From: an uncultured delta proteobacterium
Lineage (GTDB): Bacteria; Desulfobacterota; Binatia; UBA9968
DNA: 64,000 bases
Assembly (NCBI GenBank): GCA_963745835.1
Contig: CAVUZH010000003.1
Coordinates: 864,001-928,000 of the forward strand
Reading direction: 5' to 3'
The notes beneath the pieces were generated by a model. It had not been told where the DNA came from. It was given only the letters and a program-made list of their open reading frames with translations, and searched no databases. The stretch's first letter is position 1; every line of letters starts with the position of its first letter. The position numbers were made by a program, and so were the translations under genes. This document shows, piece by piece, positions 62,173 through 64,000 of this stretch.

Positions 62173-63282
62173 ATGGCCGTGATTGAAACTGAAACAATTC
62201 AAGTCTCCCCGCCGCGTGCTCCAACCGTCGATACCGACCTCGGCTTCAAAGTGATGCGGGAGGCTTTTGCTGAGGCGAAGCGCTCGCATTCTGACGCCTT
62301 TTGCGAATCAACCTACATTCTAGCTGGCCAAGCCGCGCAAATGCGAATTGTCGGACGGAAACTTGCTCAGTTTATGAATTTGCCATTTGCACATCTCCGG
62401 TCTGATGATGCGCATTCCCTGATGCCCGGCCTCACCATTGAAATCTGGGATCAGGCTGAAACAAATGTCTCCTGCCAAATTGGGTTGACACGAGACAATC
62501 TGGATTTGCATCCGAATCTAAAGCGTTCTGCGGATGGTCGCTATGCTTCTTATCAACTCCAACATTCATTGGTATGTCTCGACCGTGTGTCCGGCTTGAT
62601 GATTGGTTATATATCGAATGCGGAAGAGCTGTCACTTTATGAACGCGGCAGGCCACTGCATGTGCCCTTGAGTTTGTGGCACAAGAACCAAGACATGCTG
62701 CTAATGCATGCCGGTCTGGTGTCCCAGAACGGTCGAGGTGTGTTGCTAGCGGGTCCCGGCGGGTCAGGCAAATCGACGTCGGCTGTCATGTGTGCATATG
62801 CGGGATTTGATTATCTGAGTGATGATCTAGTTGGCTTGGAACTCTCTGGCGGCAGTTTTGTCGGACATAGTCTCTACAATTCGACTTTCATGGAGCCGGA
62901 CCATCTTAAGCGTTTTAGTCAGCTTGAACGGCATGCGATAAGAGGCAGGTATTCATTCGAAAAAAAACATCTGGTCTTGCTGTCACAGATTGCCTCGCTG
63001 CGATTCGCGCACTCCTGCCGGATTCGTTCCATAGTCCTCCCTCGCGTCTTGCATCGTCCGACATCGGTTCTTCGGCGCGCTTCGAAAGGCGAGACACTCA
63101 TGGCCCTTGCCCCGAGCTCTCTTCTCGTTGGCGAAAGAAGTCAGGGTGTGGGCGGTTTCAATAAACTCGCGCGGTTGGTGGAGCAGGTGCCTTGCTACTG
63201 GTTAGAACTGAGTAACGCTCTGGAGGAAATTCCTCTTGTTCTTGGAGGATTGCTTTCGGTGGGAGCGGGCGTTGAAACTTGA
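62173..63282 (+). CDS. HPr kinase-related P-loop kinase, copy 1
   Basis: HAGLV...GRGVLLAGPGGSGKST...YLSDD is the HprK/PEPCK-like signature. The C-terminus has LAPSS and VPCYWLEL. Confidence 0.85.
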   Translation: MAVIETETIQVSPPRAPTVDTDLGFKVMREAFAEAKRSHSDAFCESTYILAGQAAQMRIVGRKLAQFMNLPFAHLRSDDAHSLMPGLTIEIWDQAETNVSCQIGLTRDNLDLHPNLKRSADGRYASYQLQHSLVCLDRVSGLMIGYISNAEELSLYERGRPLHVPLSLWHKNQDMLLMHAGLVSQNGRGVLLAGPGGSGKSTSAVMCAYAGFDYLSDDLVGLELSGGSFVGHSLYNSTFMEPDHLKRFSQLERHAIRGRYSFEKKHLVLLSQIASLRFAHSCRIRSIVLPRVLHRPTSVLRRASKGETLMALAPSSLLVGERSQGVGGFNKLARLVEQVPCYWLELSNALEEIPLVLGGLLSVGAGVET

Positions 63283-64000
63283 GGCGGCGAAACAAGATGC
63301 CTCGAACGGGGTCATCGCCTTCGATCTAATGCGGACCGCATTCGAGCGAACTTGGAAAAGTCATCCGGATCGCCGCTGGGATTCATTGTGCAGATTTGCC
63401 GGCCGACCGGCTCGGATCAGGGTGGTGGGGCAGGGCCTTTCAAAACAGATTGCCCGGGCTTTCGAACATCTTCTGGTTAAAGAAAATCCATCGAGCCCCG
63501 AACTCAAAATCGATCTATGGGATGAAGGGGACACGTCGGTCTCTTGTCCGGTGAATACGAAACCACTGGACCCGCGTCTGCTGAAATCGAGTTCTTATGT
63601 TGAATTCGGATTAATCCTAGGCTCCCTTAACGATCCTTATATCGGCTGCCAGCGCCCCCAAGTGGTCACCTGGTTTGGCCGTCGGGAGCAGCACATCGTT
63701 GGCTGGATATCCCATCACCATCAGCTCCCGATTTACGAACGCGGCAAGCCACTGCACTTTCCGTTGTTACTGTGGCATAGCGACCGAGGCGCGGAGGTGA
63801 TCCACGCCGCCCTCGTTTCTAAAAACGGCAAAGGAGTGCTCTTTGCGGGCAAAGGCGGGGCGGGGAAATCGACGGTCGCGTTAGCTTGTATTCGAGCCGG
63901 CTTTGGCTATCTCGGCGACGATTACATCGGGTTAGAAGCATGCGCGGGCGGGCACTTCGTCGGCCACAGTTTATACAGCGCGACTTGGCTCATGGCCGAT
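63272..64000 (+). CDS. HPr kinase-related P-loop kinase, copy 2 (3'-truncated; absent from the ORF track)
   Basis: TTG at 63272 opens a frame that runs to the window end: FAGRPARIRVVG, IDLWD, YERGKPLHFPL, HAALVSKNGKGVLFAGKGGAGKST and YLGDD. Confidence 0.85.
   Translation, partial: MKLEAAKQDASNGVIAFDLMRTAFERTWKSHPDRRWDSLCRFAGRPARIRVVGQGLSKQIARAFEHLLVKENPSSPELKIDLWDEGDTSVSCPVNTKPLDPRLLKSSSYVEFGLILGSLNDPYIGCQRPQVVTWFGRREQHIVGWISHHHQLPIYERGKPLHFPLLLWHSDRGAEVIHAALVSKNGKGVLFAGKGGAGKSTVALACIRAGFGYLGDDYIGLEACAGGHFVGHSLYSATWLMAD

Noticed and set aside
227-63101. Numerous minus-strand and alternate-frame ORFs of 60-216 aa
   Set aside because: They are shadows of + strand genes and show no recognisable motifs.
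1-64000. rRNA, tRNA, CRISPR arrays, IS elements or prophage genes
   Set aside because: None were recognised; the gaps are short or explained by gene relics.

Overview
The whole 64 kb is one co-directional (+ strand) glycoconjugate biosynthesis and modification island of about 44 genes, truncated at both ends. I found no rRNA, tRNA, CRISPR array, transposase or regulator. (i) 1-21 kb: a dense array of polytopic GT-C-like membrane proteins with a DPM1-like GT2, an LtaS/sulfatase-fold transferase, an SGNH protein, a radical SAM/SPASM enzyme and a Wzx flippase. (ii) 22-46 kb: two GT4s, a fused ABC exporter, two divergent PaaK-like adenylating enzymes, DUF2079, a NodB deacetylase, paired alkaline-phosphatase-fold proteins, paired Gfo/Idh/MocA and uronate-dehydrogenase-like oxidoreductases, an LpxL-like acyltransferase, an NTP_transf_5 nucleotidyltransferase and an AGE-family epimerase. 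(iii) 46-64 kb: tandem GT2 and GT4 paralogues, two radical SAM enzymes, two AsnB amidotransferases, a PqqD/RRE protein and two HPr-kinase-like kinases. The best candidate for an undescribed system is the PqqD/RRE protein with a fused 40-aa lasso-leader-like tail (YETPKL), together with the HprK-like kinases, the nucleotidyltransferase and the peptide-type ABC exporter. These parts resemble phosphorylated/glycosylated lasso-peptide clusters, but no lasso protease, lasso cyclase or free precursor is visible, and they sit among glycosyltransferases. Many intergenic gaps are decayed relics of neighbouring genes, pointing to repeated duplication and decay. Many single-base frameshifts, mostly in 1-8.3 kb, may be assembly errors. 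All family calls come from motif recognition by eye; no database searches were run.
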